Shown here piece by piece: positions 39,268 through 52,329 of a DNA stretch of 64,000 bases. The position numbers and the translations under genes were made by a program. The stretch comes from Octopus vulgaris (lineage: Eukaryota), in NCBI GenBank assembly GCA_951406725.2, contig OX597830.1, forward strand, positions 47,864,001-47,928,000, written 5' to 3'. Each line of letters opens with the position of its first letter. Position 1 is the first letter of the stretch. Under the pieces are notes generated by a model, which had not been told where the DNA came from, made no database searches, and saw only the letters and a list, made by a program, of their open reading frames with translations.

Positions 39268-39554
39268 CTCTCTCTCTCTCTTCTCACCCTCTTTTTCTCT
39301 CTTATTCACTCCTTTGACCATTTCACCATTGCAGTTTGCCATGGGGAAAACTCTTGTTTAGGCAACAGGTGTCAAAATACCAATAGCCATCCCACAACAC
39401 CCTCTTGTGGAATGATGAATGCATTCAAAGCTATTTGGCTATCATCAGCATTGTATATCAGAAGCGAGACCACTCTCAAATGATACTGGGAGTCATGACC
39501 TCCTTATAGAAAATTAGGTCAAATGTGTCCAGATTTTTCACAGGTCAAATATGT

Positions 39555-39915
39555 TCCAGGCATGGCCGGGTGGTAAGATGCTTGCTTCCCAACCTCATGG
39601 TTCCAGGTTCAGACCCAAATGTCTTCCACTACAACCTCAGGCTGACCGATGACTTCTGAGTGGATTTGATAGACAAAACCCAAAAGAAGCTTGTCGTGTG
39701 TGTGGGTGGGTAGGTGTGTTGGTGCATGTGTTTGTCCTTCACCATTGCTTGAAAACAGGTATTGGTTTGTTTACATCCTGTAACTCAGCAGTTAGGCAAA
39801 ACCGACTAATAGAATAAATACCAGACTGGGATCAATTCATTCAGCTAATAATTCTTCAAGATGCTGCCCCAGCATGGCCACAGTTTAATGACTGAAGCAA
39901 ATAAACAATAAAAAT
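39555..39915 (+). mobile_element. Diverged SINE family 1
   Basis: Head CAGGCATGGCC..GTGGTAAG through CCAGCATGGCCACAG...ATGACTGAA. Confidence 0.75.
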
Positions 39916-39957
39916 ATAAACGATACACACACACACACACACACACAGAGATACATA

Positions 39958-40773
39958 CAAGGTGGTGTCAAAAAGTTCCTGGACTAGTTATGTAGCATGC
40001 CAATAGATGGCAGCATGCATGCACAAGGAAAGCTAGTACTGACCTTCATGAGGCAGTGTGCTGAGTGACATCGCTGTGTTTACTTTGCAAGGTGTGAAAT
40101 TTGTGTTTTTGTGATCACGTGCGTATGCTGTAGTCTGTGATTTTTGCCGTGGACAGGAACAAAGAGCCAACGTGGAATTTTGTGTTAAACTTAGGAAATC
40201 TGCTACAGAGACATTGAGCATGCTTCAGTAAGCTTACAGCAATGAGGCAATGGTTCGAGCGGCACGGGCACTTTGGAAGCAGAAGAAAGTTCCTGGAAAA
40301 CAATGAGCAATCTGGAAGACCTGCCATGAGCGTCACACCCAGAAATGTGGTATTGTGCATCAAGAATTCATCCCCCAGTGCCAGGCCCTTAATCAAGAGT
40401 TCTACTGTAATGTTTTGAACCACTTGAGGGAGGACATTTAACAAAAGTGAAGAACTGGTTTCTTCATGACAACAATGAACCCAGTCAGCAAGCTTTCCTC
40501 CCTCGTGAGTTTCTCACCAAAAACAACAGGGTATCGCTTCTGCTCCTGCCCTATTCACCAGATTTAGCCCCTATGGACTTGCATCTCAGAAGGTGCTTGA
40601 GATCACTTACAGAAAATTACTTCCAGGCTGGATTCCAAAAGTGGCAGGAATGCTGGGACCAGTGTATTGCTGTGCAAGGGGACTATTTCGAGGGAGATGA
40701 TGATAAAACTTAAGTAAATAATTTTTTTTTTTATTAAACATGACTAGGCTGGGAACTTTTTCATACCACCTCA
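39958..40773 (+). mobile_element. Internally deleted mariner transposon
   Basis: TIRs CAAGGTGGTGTCAAAAAGTTCC / GGGAACTTTTTCATACCACCTC; QRANVEFCVKLGKSATET, WFLHDN, PYSPDLAP, WDQCIAVQGDYFE. Confidence 0.88.
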
Positions 40774-40899
40774 GAGCTGCCGGCATGATTGTGTAGATAA
40801 GAAGCTTACTTCCTTCTCATGTGGTTTACAGTTCAGTCTCATCACACAGCACCTTGGGCAAGTGTCTTCTGCTATAGCACTGAGTGGATTTATCGATGT

Positions 40900-41170
40900 C
40901 AGTACCCCCTGACTAGCTCCTGTGCTGGTGGCACATAAAAAAAAACACCATCCAAACGTGAGCATTGCCAAGCCTGCCTTACTGGTTCCTGTGCCAGTGG
41001 CATGTAAGAAACACCCACTACACTCTCTGAGTGGTTGGCATTAGGAAGGGCATCAAGCTGTAGAAACTCTGCCAGATCAAGATTGGAGCATAGTGCAGCC
41101 GGTGGGTCTCCAGACCTCAGTCAAACTGTCCAACCCATGCCAGCATGGAAAACGAATGTTAATTGATGAT
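40900..41170 (+). mobile_element. RTE 3' UTR/tail
   Basis: Two tandem units plus tail. Confidence 0.8.
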
Positions 41171-41229
41171 GGTTTAGGGTTAGGGTTCGGGTTATGATGA
41201 TTATGGTGTTGATATATGTGTGTGTGTAT

Positions 41230-41270
<41 letters not shown>

Positions 41271-41307
41271 CAGAAAGACAAATAGATAGACAGATAGAGA
41301 GATAAAG

Positions 41308-41362
<55 letters not shown>

Positions 41363-41654
41363 TATTTGTGTGTATATATATATATATATATTTGTGTATA
41401 TATATATATATATATATTTATTATATACAAGCACACACACACACACAAACACACATATTCCAGTGGAGTGACAAGTTCAAAGAAGCTGTGTCTGAACTCA
41501 AAGATAAATCCGAGAATGAATAAACATTAAATCTATGATCATTACCTCGACAAAATATAAGTTGTCAAATTAATGGTTATGACGTAAATGTATGTGTGTT
41601 TGTGTATGTGCGTTTATGTATGTATGTGTACATACATATATATGTGTGTGTGTG

Positions 41655-41729
<75 letters not shown>

Positions 41730-42397
41730 GTATGTATATATGTATATATATATGTGTGTGTGTATATATATATATATATTATATATATATGCATAAATAT
41801 GTATGCATGCTGGAGAGTAAGTGCCAGTGACCAGGTCACAATCGGTGTGATGAAGATTTCAACACCAAAAAATAAATACTGAAGTAAAGTTAATGGTTTT
41901 TGTGTTCTTTCGATTGGCAAATGCGAGGAGTCTTCCATGCCATAACTGTTTTAGTTTCAACACAGTCTCAGATCCAATCATTTGCCTGGCAAGAGTGTCT
42001 CCAAAATTATACGGCTATTACATACACACATATGCACATGCACACACCCTCATGCACACAGACATTTTAGATGGAATTCTCCATTTCTGTATGAAGATCT
42101 CGACTGTTAGACATGCTTTGTAATGGTGTTTTCATACAATTCATTTATTAATGAGGCTATTCCAGGACACTAAGTGATATTGATTCTCTTACCAAGTCTT
42201 TACCAAAACCAGAACATGATGCATACTTGCACTAAATGCGTTTTGGGTAATAATAATCTTAGATCTCATTCGAGTCAGATATATTTTTTAAATTTTATAT
42301 ATAGAATGATAGGAAATATAATTTTCTCACCAAGATATTTATCTGTGATTGTGTGCATAACACATATAGATACTTATATATATGTATCTGTGTGTTG

Positions 42398-42435
<38 letters not shown>

Positions 42436-42524
42436 TTGCAAGATTCTTGATATGATCTTGTTTGTTGAAACAAATACCTTGGCATAATGATTCTCCCTTG
42501 TTACAATATAATATATGTGCTACA

Positions 42525-44560
42525 GGCATAGCCATGGCTGTATGGTAAAAAGCTTGCTTCCCAACCACATGGTTCTGGGTTCAGTCCCACTGCATGGCAC
42601 TGTCTTCTACTATAAGTTCAAGCTGTCCAAAGCCTTGTGAGTGGATTTGGTAGATGAAAACTGAAAGAAGCCCATCATATACATACAGTATCTCACAGAA
42701 GTATGTACACCCCTAACAAAATTCAGTCAAATTACCATTACTCTGATAATATCAAAGGAAATCAAACGAAATTTATACTGAATAAAATATATTTTACATT
42801 ATACACATTTTGAACACAAAACAATAAACATTTTCAAAGATGTGAACGAAATATTAATTTTAAAACGTTACAGAAATATGTACACCCTAAAGGAAATTTA
42901 CTATATTTTATATTTTATCCACTTTTTTTATTAATTTCAGATATTGCTAATTATTTCAATTCTAATAAATTATTTCTCCTGGCATTTTTTCATCGGTCAT
43001 TGTCATTGGATCTGGAGAAATTCTGATTTGTGTAACGTGGTGAAAATCTTCTTCATTGTGATTAAAATGGCATCAAAAGGAAAAGAATTGTCTAAAGATT
43101 TGAAGAAAATTATTTTTAATTTGCACAAGAATGGTTTAGGATACAAGTTAATTAGCAAACGAATACATATTAGTGTAAACACAGTTGCCAAAGTAATTCA
43201 GAAGTACAAAGCTACTGGACGGCTGAGCAATAAACAGCGTCCAGGTCATCCTTCTATTTTAACTGTGTGTGATATTCTTCACATCCACGTTGCGCGATGG
43301 ACGACAGGCATCGTGCCATTTCATCTTTGGCCCAAGAAATGCCTTCTGTTAGTGGAAAGAGTGTATCAGCCCAAACAGTTCACCGAAGTTTGAACCAATG
43401 TGGTCTTCATGGACGCATTCCTTGGAGGAAGTCTCCACTCAATGCCAGGCATAAATCAAATGATCTTTCTTTTGCTGAAACCTATGTGAGTAAAGGGAAG
43501 GAGTTTTGGAATAAAATTCTTTTTTTCTAGCGAGACTAAAATCAACTTGTTTGAGTCAGATGGTATTAAACGAGTATGGCAATGACCAGGTGAAGATAAT
43601 AGCGACAAATGCACCGTGAAATACGGTGTTGGATTGTTATGCTTTGGGGATACAAGAATGCAGCTGGTGTGGGAGGACTCACATTTTTTGAGAGAACAGT
43701 GGATTGGAGGTTTTATTGTGACATATTGCAGAAGACAATGTTGAAAAGCATCAAGGAACAAGGAAGACATTCCATGTTTAACATGATAATGACCCTAAAC
43801 ACACTTCACAGAAAACGAATAAGTTTTTTATCAGATAAAACGGTAAAGACCTTCGCCTACCATGACACCTGATTTAAACCCAACAGAACACCTGTGGGGT
43901 GTTTTGAAAAGAAAGGTTGAGGAGAAAAAAACCTTGCAGTGTAACACAATTAAAAGGCATCATTCAGGATGAATAGAGGTTGCTTTCATCAGTTATATGA
44001 GAAAATTTAGTTGACACTATGCCCAGAAGACTTAATGCAGTCATTGAAAGCAATGGTAGTCATGCCAAATATTAAATATAGCAAATAATCCTTTAGGGTG
44101 TACATATTTTTGTATCATTTAAAAATTGATTTTTCATTCATATCTTTGAAAATGTTTAGTATTTTGTGTTCCAAATTTGTATAATGTTTGCATGTATAAT
44201 ATATTTTATTCTGTATAATTTTCGTTTGATTTCCTTTGGTGTTATCAGAGTAACGGCAATTTTACTGAAATTTTTTCGTGGTATACACACATCTGTGAGA
44301 TGCTGTATATATGTGTATATCTACATGTGTGTGTGTCTTTGTGTCTGTGTTTGTCACCCCCATCATTGCTTGACAACCAATGTTGGTGTGTTTACATCCC
44401 CATAACTTAGTGGTTCAACAAAAGAGAACGGTAGAATAAATTACAAGGCTTTCAAAGACCATGTCCTGGGGTTAATTTCTTTGACTAAAAAACCCTTTAA
44501 GGTGGTGCTCTAGCATGGCCACAGACAAATGACTGCAACAAGTAAAAGAATAAAAGAATA
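42525..44560 (+). mobile_element. SINE family 1 split by the Tc1 insertion
   Basis: Head 42525-42683 and 3' half 44306-44560 join at the internal (TA)n. Confidence 0.8.
42686..44305 (+). mobile_element. Near full-length Tc1 transposon with ~210-bp IR/DR-type TIRs; transposase is a pseudogene
   Basis: TA|CAGTATCTCACAGA...TCTGTGAGATGCTG|TA; internal repeat TATGTACACCC; MASKGKELSKDLKK..GLGYKLISK, ETKINLF, HDNDPKH, PDLNPTEHLW; stops and frameshifts. Confidence 0.93.
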
Positions 44561-44562
44561 TA

Positions 44563-44593
<31 letters not shown>

Positions 44594-44606
44594 GTATAAT
44601 GAAATA

Positions 44607-44651
<45 letters not shown>

Positions 44652-44699
44652 TATATACATACATGCTTGTACATGCCTACATATATATGTATATCACCA

Positions 44700-45000
44700 T
44701 GACCACCGTGACCGACCAGGCTATCAGATGTTGCTACACATTGCTGGTCACAATGCGCTTCGCATTGTTTTAGCCTTCAAATGACGCCACCCCGCTGGCT
44801 AAGCGAGCTGGCCAACAGAAGAAAGAGTGAGAGAAAGTTGTGGCGAAAGAGTACAGCAGGGATCGCCCCCCCCTGCCGGAGCCTTGTGGAGCTTTAGGTG
44901 TTTTCGCTCAATAAACACTCACAATGCCTGGTCTGGGAATCGAAACCGCGATGCTACGACCGCAAGTCTGCTGCCCTAACCACTGGGCCATTGAGCCTCC
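44700..45000 (-). mobile_element. SINE family 3
   Basis: GGAGGCTCAATGGCCCAGTGGTTAGGGC head; near-identical to 57735-58033. Confidence 0.85.
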
Positions 45001-45009
45001 ATATATGTA

Positions 45010-45207
45010 TATATACATGCTTATATGGGTACAGGACGTCAAAAAGACGTGAACAAAATAAAAAAAACGAGAACATAAAAAACAAAAGCATGGAAAATGA
45101 ACTTTTTTTTCAAACAACAAAAGAAACAAACAGAGAAACGAGACAGGCAACATAAAGAACATTCCCTTCATCAGTTGTCCCCTGTTTTATCTACTCTGCG
45201 TTTCGAA
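45010..45207 (-). mobile_element. Subfamily B repeat with a 5'-truncated permuted hammerhead
   Basis: UUC-GAAACGC...AAAACAG-GGGACAA-CUGAUGA-AGGG at 45163-45207. Confidence 0.6.
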
Positions 45208-45520
45208 ATATATATGTGTATGCGTGTGCATGAGAGAGAGAGAGAGTGAGAGATAAAAGGGAGTTTGTGTGTGTATGGGTTCTTTCCTTGTCCTGTCTAT
45301 ATACACACGTGGCAGACATGCAACCCATACCAGCATGGAATATGAACATCAAATGCTGCTGCTGCTGATGATGATGATGATGACAGCTTGTGTTTGGCAT
45401 TTTCCAACCTGGTAGAGCCCATCCCCCATGAGGTTTCACCATGGTAGAGTTCTTCTAGAAGGAGTGTGACAGAGAAAGAGAATGAGAGAGAGAAGCAGAC
45501 AGTCAGAAGAGGAAGTAGAT

Positions 45521-45646
45521 GGAGAAGAAGAAGAAGAAGAAGGAGGAGGAGGAGGAGGAGGAGGAGGAGAAGAAGAAGGAGAAGGAGGAGGAGGAGGAGA
45601 AGGAGAAGAAGAAGAAGAAGAAGAAAAAGAAGAAGAAGAAGAAGAA
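45521..45646. repeat. (GAA)/(GGA) polypurine microsatellite
   Basis: Directly visible. Confidence 0.95.
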
Positions 45647-45885
45647 TGAGCGAACACTTAGTACTGAACTGCTACTTTATCAACTGCCTCCCCACCCCCA
45701 CCCCCACCCAGCAAAAGATGAAAGCCAGAGCAGATATTCTGAAGAAATATTACAAAGCATTATATCTGACATTAAAGAGTCTAGTAATTTGCCTCACATA
45801 TACACACATTTACAGAATACACAGACACAGACACACACATACACACACACCAGACCCATGCACACACACACACACACACACACTA

Positions 45886-45925
<40 letters not shown>

Positions 45926-46032
45926 TAGATAGATAGATAGATAGACAGATAGACACAGAGAGAGAGAGATGAATTAGCTATATAGATACATAGACACACA
46001 CACACCAGACCCATCCACACACACACTCTATA

Positions 46033-46113
<81 letters not shown>

Positions 46114-46114
46114 A

Positions 46115-46992
46115 TTAATAAATAAAATATATGCATACATACATATATATATGTACATACCTACATCTACATGTATATATACATGCATATATAAACATAT
46201 ATATGTGAGTACAGGACACCACAAATAGACGTAGAACTCAATGAGAAACGAAAACGTAAAAACAAACATGGAAACGGACTTTTTTTAACAACGAAAAACA
46301 GTACAAGACAAGCAATACAAGGAAAATTCCCCTTCATCAGCTGTCCTTGGTTCGACTCCATGTGTGTTTCGAAGGTAAGGACAGAACACGACTCGTCGAA
46401 CTAGCCCTTCCTGCGAAAGAATTAAATAAAATTCCTTTGCAGAGGGGTAAAAACAAGGAAAAGAAAAATGTGACAAAAACAGGACGTAAAAACAATACAA
46501 ATAAAAATACAAAAACAAAATAAAAATACAAATACAAAAAAATACAGTACAAGTAAAGAATAAAAACAGGACAAGGAAAAAAACATTGAGGGCTTTTTTT
46601 TAGCCTAGACGATGGAAAAATTCAAGAGCGCAGGAAAAAAGCATGTTCACTTGCAGGAGGCCGCCAGCGAAAGGAAGTGGTCGACTCGGCTGTGTGAGAG
46701 ATGAGGATGAGTGAGAGAGAGAGAGATAGAGAGGAAAGGAAACCAGAAAGAGTGAAAAATAAGAAGGAGAGAGACAGGCAAAGAGGAAGAAAGACAGGAA
46801 GGAAGGGAAGGTCAAGCAAAGGGTTACAGAGTCGAACAAGGGACAGCTGATGAAGGGGAATTTTCCTTGTATTGTTTGTCTTGTACTCTGTTTTTCGTTG
46901 TTAAAAAAAGTCCGTTTCCATGTTTGTTTTTACGTTTTCGTTTCTCGTTGAGTTCTACGTCTATTTGTGGTGTCCTGTACTCACATATATAT
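46115..46992 (-). mobile_element. Non-coding element (subfamily A) with an inverted partial copy at its 5' side (Penelope-like arrangement)
   Basis: 46115-46690 is collinear with 58730-59300; 46829-46992 is the inverted copy of ~46198-46358. Confidence 0.75.
46329..46404 (-). ncRNA. Non-circularly permuted hammerhead-like RNA (subfamily A)
   Basis: GUUCGAC-gaguc-GUGU-U-CUGUCCUU-a-CCUUC-GAAACAC-acaugga-GUCGAAC-c-AAGGACAG-CUGAUGA-AGGGG. Confidence 0.65.
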
Positions 46993-47844
46993 GAGCCTGA
47001 AATATGTTGTATCTTTTAACACCCATACATCTTTTTAGGGATTTCTCTTAGATGGAAAACTTCAGCTTCTGGCCTTTAAACAACACAAATACATTAAGCA
47101 TGTCATATTCATAATGTTTACATTAAGGAGTTGCTCTGATTCCATTATTTGATTTTTTTCTACTTATGCAGCAGCTTTATTGCTAATCAGCAAATAGTTT
47201 ATTCATCATCATCATCATCATCCATCATTTTGAATCCGGATTTTGTCCCTGTTGATGGGGGTGGCTGGATCTACTACAATGCCATAGCAACTGCCCTCAT
47301 ACCATCTCGCCATCTTGCCCGGTTTTAGGCATCTTCCCTTCTCAAGCCAACCCTTCCAGTCTCCTCCTCCACCTCTCCCCTCCACCTTTTCCTCAGTCTA
47401 TCTAGCTTTATTCACTGTCTGTATATGCTTCAGATTAGAGATTTCAATTTCAAATCCACAAGTGACTGAAGTGTTTGGCATTGATAAACTGCAACTACAG
47501 TGAATACAACAACTGCCCCTCTCATAATAAATTCTTGGATGATTTCATTCTGTTTAGCTCTGAAGGGATTTTTCCCACACAAAAATTGCTGCTTCTGGCA
47601 TTTAAGCAACACCCACATGTTATTTGTTGTTGCTCCAGTCCTCTCAGCTGGCAAAAATGAGTTGTACCAGTAATTCAAAGGGGGCCAGCTTTGTTGCATT
47701 CTGAGTGATGCTGAATCTTCCTGAGAACTACATTAAGGGTTCGTGGTGTCTGTGGAGTGCTCAGCCACTTGCAGGTTAATCGCATGAGCAGGCTGTTCTG
47801 TTGATCGGAACTCTGGTCATCGTAACCGATGGAATACCTACTGC

Positions 47845-48385
47845 ATGTATGTATGTATGCGTATGTATGTGTGCTTGTATGTGTGTGTGTATGTATGTAT
47901 GTATGTATGTATGTATGTATGTGTGTATGTATGTATGTATGTATGTATGTGTGTGTATGTATGTATGTGTGTATGTATGTATGTATGTGTGGGTATGTAT
48001 GTGTGTGTATGTATGTATGTATGTATTATGTGTGTGTGTTTGTATGTATGTATGTGTGTGTGTATGTATGTATGTGTGTGTATGTATGTATGTATGTGTG
48101 TGTATGTATGTATGTGTGTATGTATGTATGTATGTATGCATATATGTATGTATGTATGAATATATGTATGTATGCATGTATGTATGCATGTATGTATGTA
48201 TGTATGCATGTATGTATGCATAAATGTATGTATGTATGCGTGCGTGCGTGTGTGTGTATGTATGTATGTATGCATGTATGTGTGTGTGTATGTATGTATG
48301 TATGTAAGTGTATGCATGTATGTATGTACGTATTTATGCATGTAAGTATATGTATGTATATACATGTAAGTATATGTATATGTAC
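47845..48385. repeat. (TATG)n/(TG)n compound microsatellite
   Basis: Directly visible. Confidence 0.95.
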
Positions 48386-48398
48386 ACACACACGCAGA

Positions 48399-49430
48399 CA
48401 CCTAAAACTGAGTGGTGTATAACTTTGGGCTGTTAGTTGAACCCTCAGCCACAATGCATTTGGTATCATTTATTTCCAGTCTCTGTTGTTCTAAGCGGAG
48501 GCTTGAAGAATCTTTCTGTCAACCTGGAGAGAACAAAGATATTTATAAGTTATTGATAAAGATTTAGATACCATTATTTGATCAATATCAAAGCAGACAT
48601 GTTTCTCTTTGCTGTCTTTGACATTGCTACGGCTATACTTATTGAATACATACAGCTTGCGGTACCATGAATATACAATTAACTGGATGTATTATCTACC
48701 AGTGCCAACAAATGTACAATTACATGTTTCAAATCTTGAGATAATTAAGAAATGGAAGAGGATGATGTTGATTGAAGAATAGAAAATTGCTGAATATTTT
48801 GGTGGAGTTACCGATAGCAACATATACAGTTCATAGTGATGTGGTTGAGTTAAAATGGATGTATATTTCTTTACTACCCACAAGGGGCTAAACATAGAGG
48901 GGACAAACAAGGACAGACAAAGGGATTAAGTCGATTACATCGACCCCAGTGCGTAACTGGTACTTATTTAATCGACCCCGAAAGGATGAAAGGCAAAGTC
49001 GACCTTGGCAGAATTTGAACTCAGAACGTAACGACAGATGAAATACCTATTTCTTAAATACCCACAAGGGGCTAAACATAGAGGGGACCAGCAAGGACAG
49101 ACAAACGGATTAAGTCGATTACATCAACCCCAGTGCGTAACTGGTACTTATTTAATCGAACCCGAAAGGATGAAAGACAAAGTCGACCTCAGCAGAACTT
49201 GAACTCAGAATGTAACGACAGACGAAATACTGCTAAGCATTTCGCCCAGTGCGCTAACGTGTCTGCCAGCTCGCCACCTTGTTAAAATGGGTATATATCA
49301 ATACATATTCAGAAACAGGTATTGAAAGATTTGAGGAATGATACCAAATAAATGATCCAAAATGCATAGGCATTGTGGCTAAGGGTTCAGCTAACAGCCC
49401 AAACTTATACACTACTCCATTTTAGGTGTA
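48399..49430. mobile_element. Non-autonomous TIR element (~80-bp TIRs) containing a SINE
   Basis: CACCTAAAA..GAGT.GTGTATAA.TTTGGGCTGTTAG.TGAACCCT is inverted at ~49340-49428. Confidence 0.7.
48866..49280 (-). mobile_element. SINE family 2 with duplicated body and target-site duplication
   Basis: Two units; GTTAAAATGG on both flanks. Confidence 0.88.
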
Positions 49431-49602
49431 TGTGTGTGTGTGTGTGTGTGTACATATACATACATACACTTACATGCATACACTTACATCGTTTTGGGTT
49501 CAGTCCAACTGTATGGCACCTTTGGTAAGTGTCTTCTATAGCTCTAGGTTGGCTCATGACTTGTGATTGAATTTTGTAGATGGAAACTGCATGGAAGCCC
49601 AT

Positions 49603-49635
<33 letters not shown>

Positions 49636-49636
49636 C

Positions 49637-49685
49637 CCGATGAAGGGATATAATTAATAAATATCCTGGAAACAGCTGTAAGACC
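49637..49685 (+). ncRNA. Hammerhead-like motif, U4C core variant, 5' strand of stem I lost
   Basis: CCGAUGA-A-GGGAUAU-loop-AUAUCCU-g-GAAACAGCUGU-A; palindromic ACAGCUGU. Confidence 0.5.
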
Positions 49686-49750
49686 TTCTATCTATAAATG
49701 TTCTAGCATCTACACAGCCTTGGTCTTTTATCTCATTACGCAAATAATTT

Positions 49751-49783
<33 letters not shown>

Positions 49784-49816
49784 CTTTATTTAAAGCAGCA
49801 GAAAATTCAACAAAAC

Positions 49817-49854
49817 CTGTTACTCTGAGTTTCATGTTGCCGTTCGTCGGACAG
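49817..49854 (-). ncRNA. Minimal type I hammerhead-like motif, U4C core variant
   Basis: CUGU-CCGACGA-ACG-gcaa-CAU-GAAACUC-a-GAGU-A-ACAG. Confidence 0.6.
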
Positions 49855-49908
49855 ATAGATATGTAGGTAGATAGATAGATAGATAGATATATATATACAT
49901 ACATACTG

Positions 49909-49994
<86 letters not shown>

Positions 49995-50679
49995 TGTGTG
50001 TGTGTGTGTCTGTGTGTGTCTTAGTATTTGTCTACTCTGTCACTTGACTATAGTGCTGGTTTGTGTATGTCTCCATAACTTAACATTTTGCCAAAAATGA
50101 CCAGATTTGTTTTATTGTCCTTTATTGGTGTGAAATATAAAAAAGAAAATTCATCAAATTTGAAACTGAAAGTGAAACAGAAAATTATAAAATGAAGCAA
50201 TGCATTTTCTTTGTCATAAACTTCCCATTTTATTATTATTTATATTTAATATCTGATGTGAATTTAAGACACATATTTAGAGAATAAGATATTATCGGAA
50301 TTTTGTGGTCAAGTTAATTCTCTTGATACCAACCCACCTGAGAACCACCTTGGTTCAAAGAAAGAAATTTTCTGTTTTGAACATTTTGCATTCAGATTAC
50401 TCTGTCAAATGTTTCTTTATTCATTTGTTTCTTTATTCATGGTCAATTCAAGAATTGACCATGCGTTACCTGAAAGCTTCAAGATTCCAAAGATGTGATT
50501 GTTTATTTGTAGAAGGACATTGTTGGATATGTATGTGGGACTGAATCTGCCCAGTCTGAACATAAAATAAGTGCAATATTTGGGCCAGATGTGATCAGTT
50601 TCAATTCTAAAGGGCTAAAATGATCCAAGTTAAAACCTTCAATCTAAATTTCTTTTTAATTTATGCTCTAAATACTTGC

Positions 50680-51204
50680 TTAACCCTTTTGTTACCAACC
50701 TCGCTGAGGCCATCTCTGGCTCTGTAGTACAAATGTCTTGTTTTCAAAAAATCTGAATTAAAATCTTCCACCAAACCTTAGTCACAAGGATAAAAGGCAA
50801 AGATGACCAAGAAAGTATTGGAACCCAGAACATAAAGAGCTGAAAGAAGTGCTGGTGAACATTTTGTTTGATGTCTTTAACCCTTTTGTTACCAACCTGG
50901 CTGAGGCCACCTCTTGCTCTGTAGTACAAATGTCTTGTTTTCAAAAGATCTGAATTAAAATCTTCCACCAAACCTCAGTCACATTTTATATTCCTAAGAC
51001 TAGCTTAATGATAACCCAGTTATTTTACTAAATTCTTTGTTATATTTAAAATTAATTGAAAGAAACACAGAACATCTCAACAGAAATATGGTAACAAAGA
51101 GGTTAATAATGATGAAGTTAGTTTTATTGAATTCTTCATTATTTTGAAAATCAGTGGAAACAAAAACAGTGTGTTCCAACAGAAAAATGGTAAGAAAAGG
51201 TTAA
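50680..51204. mobile_element. Cluster of TTAA-flanked piggyBac-like MITE copies
   Basis: TTAACCCTTTTGTTACCAACC at ~50680 and ~50877; ends AAAGAGGTTAA (~51106) and AAAAGGTTAA (~51204). Confidence 0.7.
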
Positions 51205-51741
51205 ATAAAATAGGCAGATATTCTACAAATATCGTGCTTTTGACTGTGACTTGTCGTAGATGTTTTCTCTTGTTTCTTTGTTGTTTTGGCACAATTCTAC
51301 TTTATAATCAAGCTAATTAGATGACAGAAGCCAACCAAATGAAGACAATCAGTGAAAGGTCGTCAAGCCAAAGAAACATTCAAAGGGATCATCCTCTTTA
51401 TTGTTCGAGTCGTCTTCAAGTCCTAAAGCAACAGGATTTAGGACTTGAAGATCTATCACCTTTGTTCATAAGATTACTTCTGTCTTTGATCAGAATATAT
51501 TGAAAATGGCAGACAACCATTTAATAGTCAGCATGTCATGTAAGCTGGAGTTTCTACACAGCCTGGTTGAGGCTGCTTCCATCCCTGCCATACACTAAGT
51601 GCTTAATGTTGTTATACACTCATATGTCTGGGCTTGCTATACACTCTGTGTCTGGAGTTGCATTATATTGAAAACTAACTTTATGTATTTTACTGGTGTT
51701 TACTTTGATGGGAATTTCATTTAATATTGTTCAAAGACAGA

Positions 51742-51970
51742 AGCAGCGAGCTGGCGGAAACGTTAGCACGCTGGACAAAATGCTTAGCGGTATTTCATCT
51801 GACTTTACATTCTGAGTTCAAATTCCGCCAAGGTCGACTTTGTCTTTCATCCTTTCGGGGTCGATAAATTAGTACCAGTTACGCACTGGGTCGATGTAAT
51901 CGACTTAATTCGTTTGTCTATCCTTGTTTGTCCCGTCTATGTTTAGCCCCTTGTGGGTAATAAAGAAACA
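51742..51970 (+). mobile_element. SINE family 2
   Basis: Complete head to CCCCTTGTGGGTAATAAAGAAA. Confidence 0.85.
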
Positions 51971-52329
51971 GATTACACCAAACTCTGAATGTCACACTTA
52001 GTTTCTTTGTAAATTTGAAGTCTTGTATTCATAAATAAAAAAAAAGAAAGAAAGAAAAAAGATGGTAAACCAATAATTTCAGAAAGGAGTTTGGTGATGA
52101 GCTGGCAGAATGACATTTTGTCCATCGTTAGGTTCTGAGTTCAAATTCTGCCAAGGTTCAAATTCTGCCTTTCACCCTTTCATGGTCAATAAAATAAGTA
52201 CCAGTTGAACACTGGGGTTGAAGTTATTGATTTACATTTCACTGGAATTACTGGCCAGAATTTGAAACCAATAATTTCAGGAATGAATGAATCATTACAA
52301 GTTATCAAAATCAAAATCAAAATCAAATT

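Noticed and set aside
41172-41195. TTAGGG telomere-like repeats (also ~56915)
   Set aside because: Only 2-3 imperfect units.
48480-48525. Minus-strand acceptor with short open frame
   Set aside because: Lies inside a TIR element; early stops in all frames; no donor.
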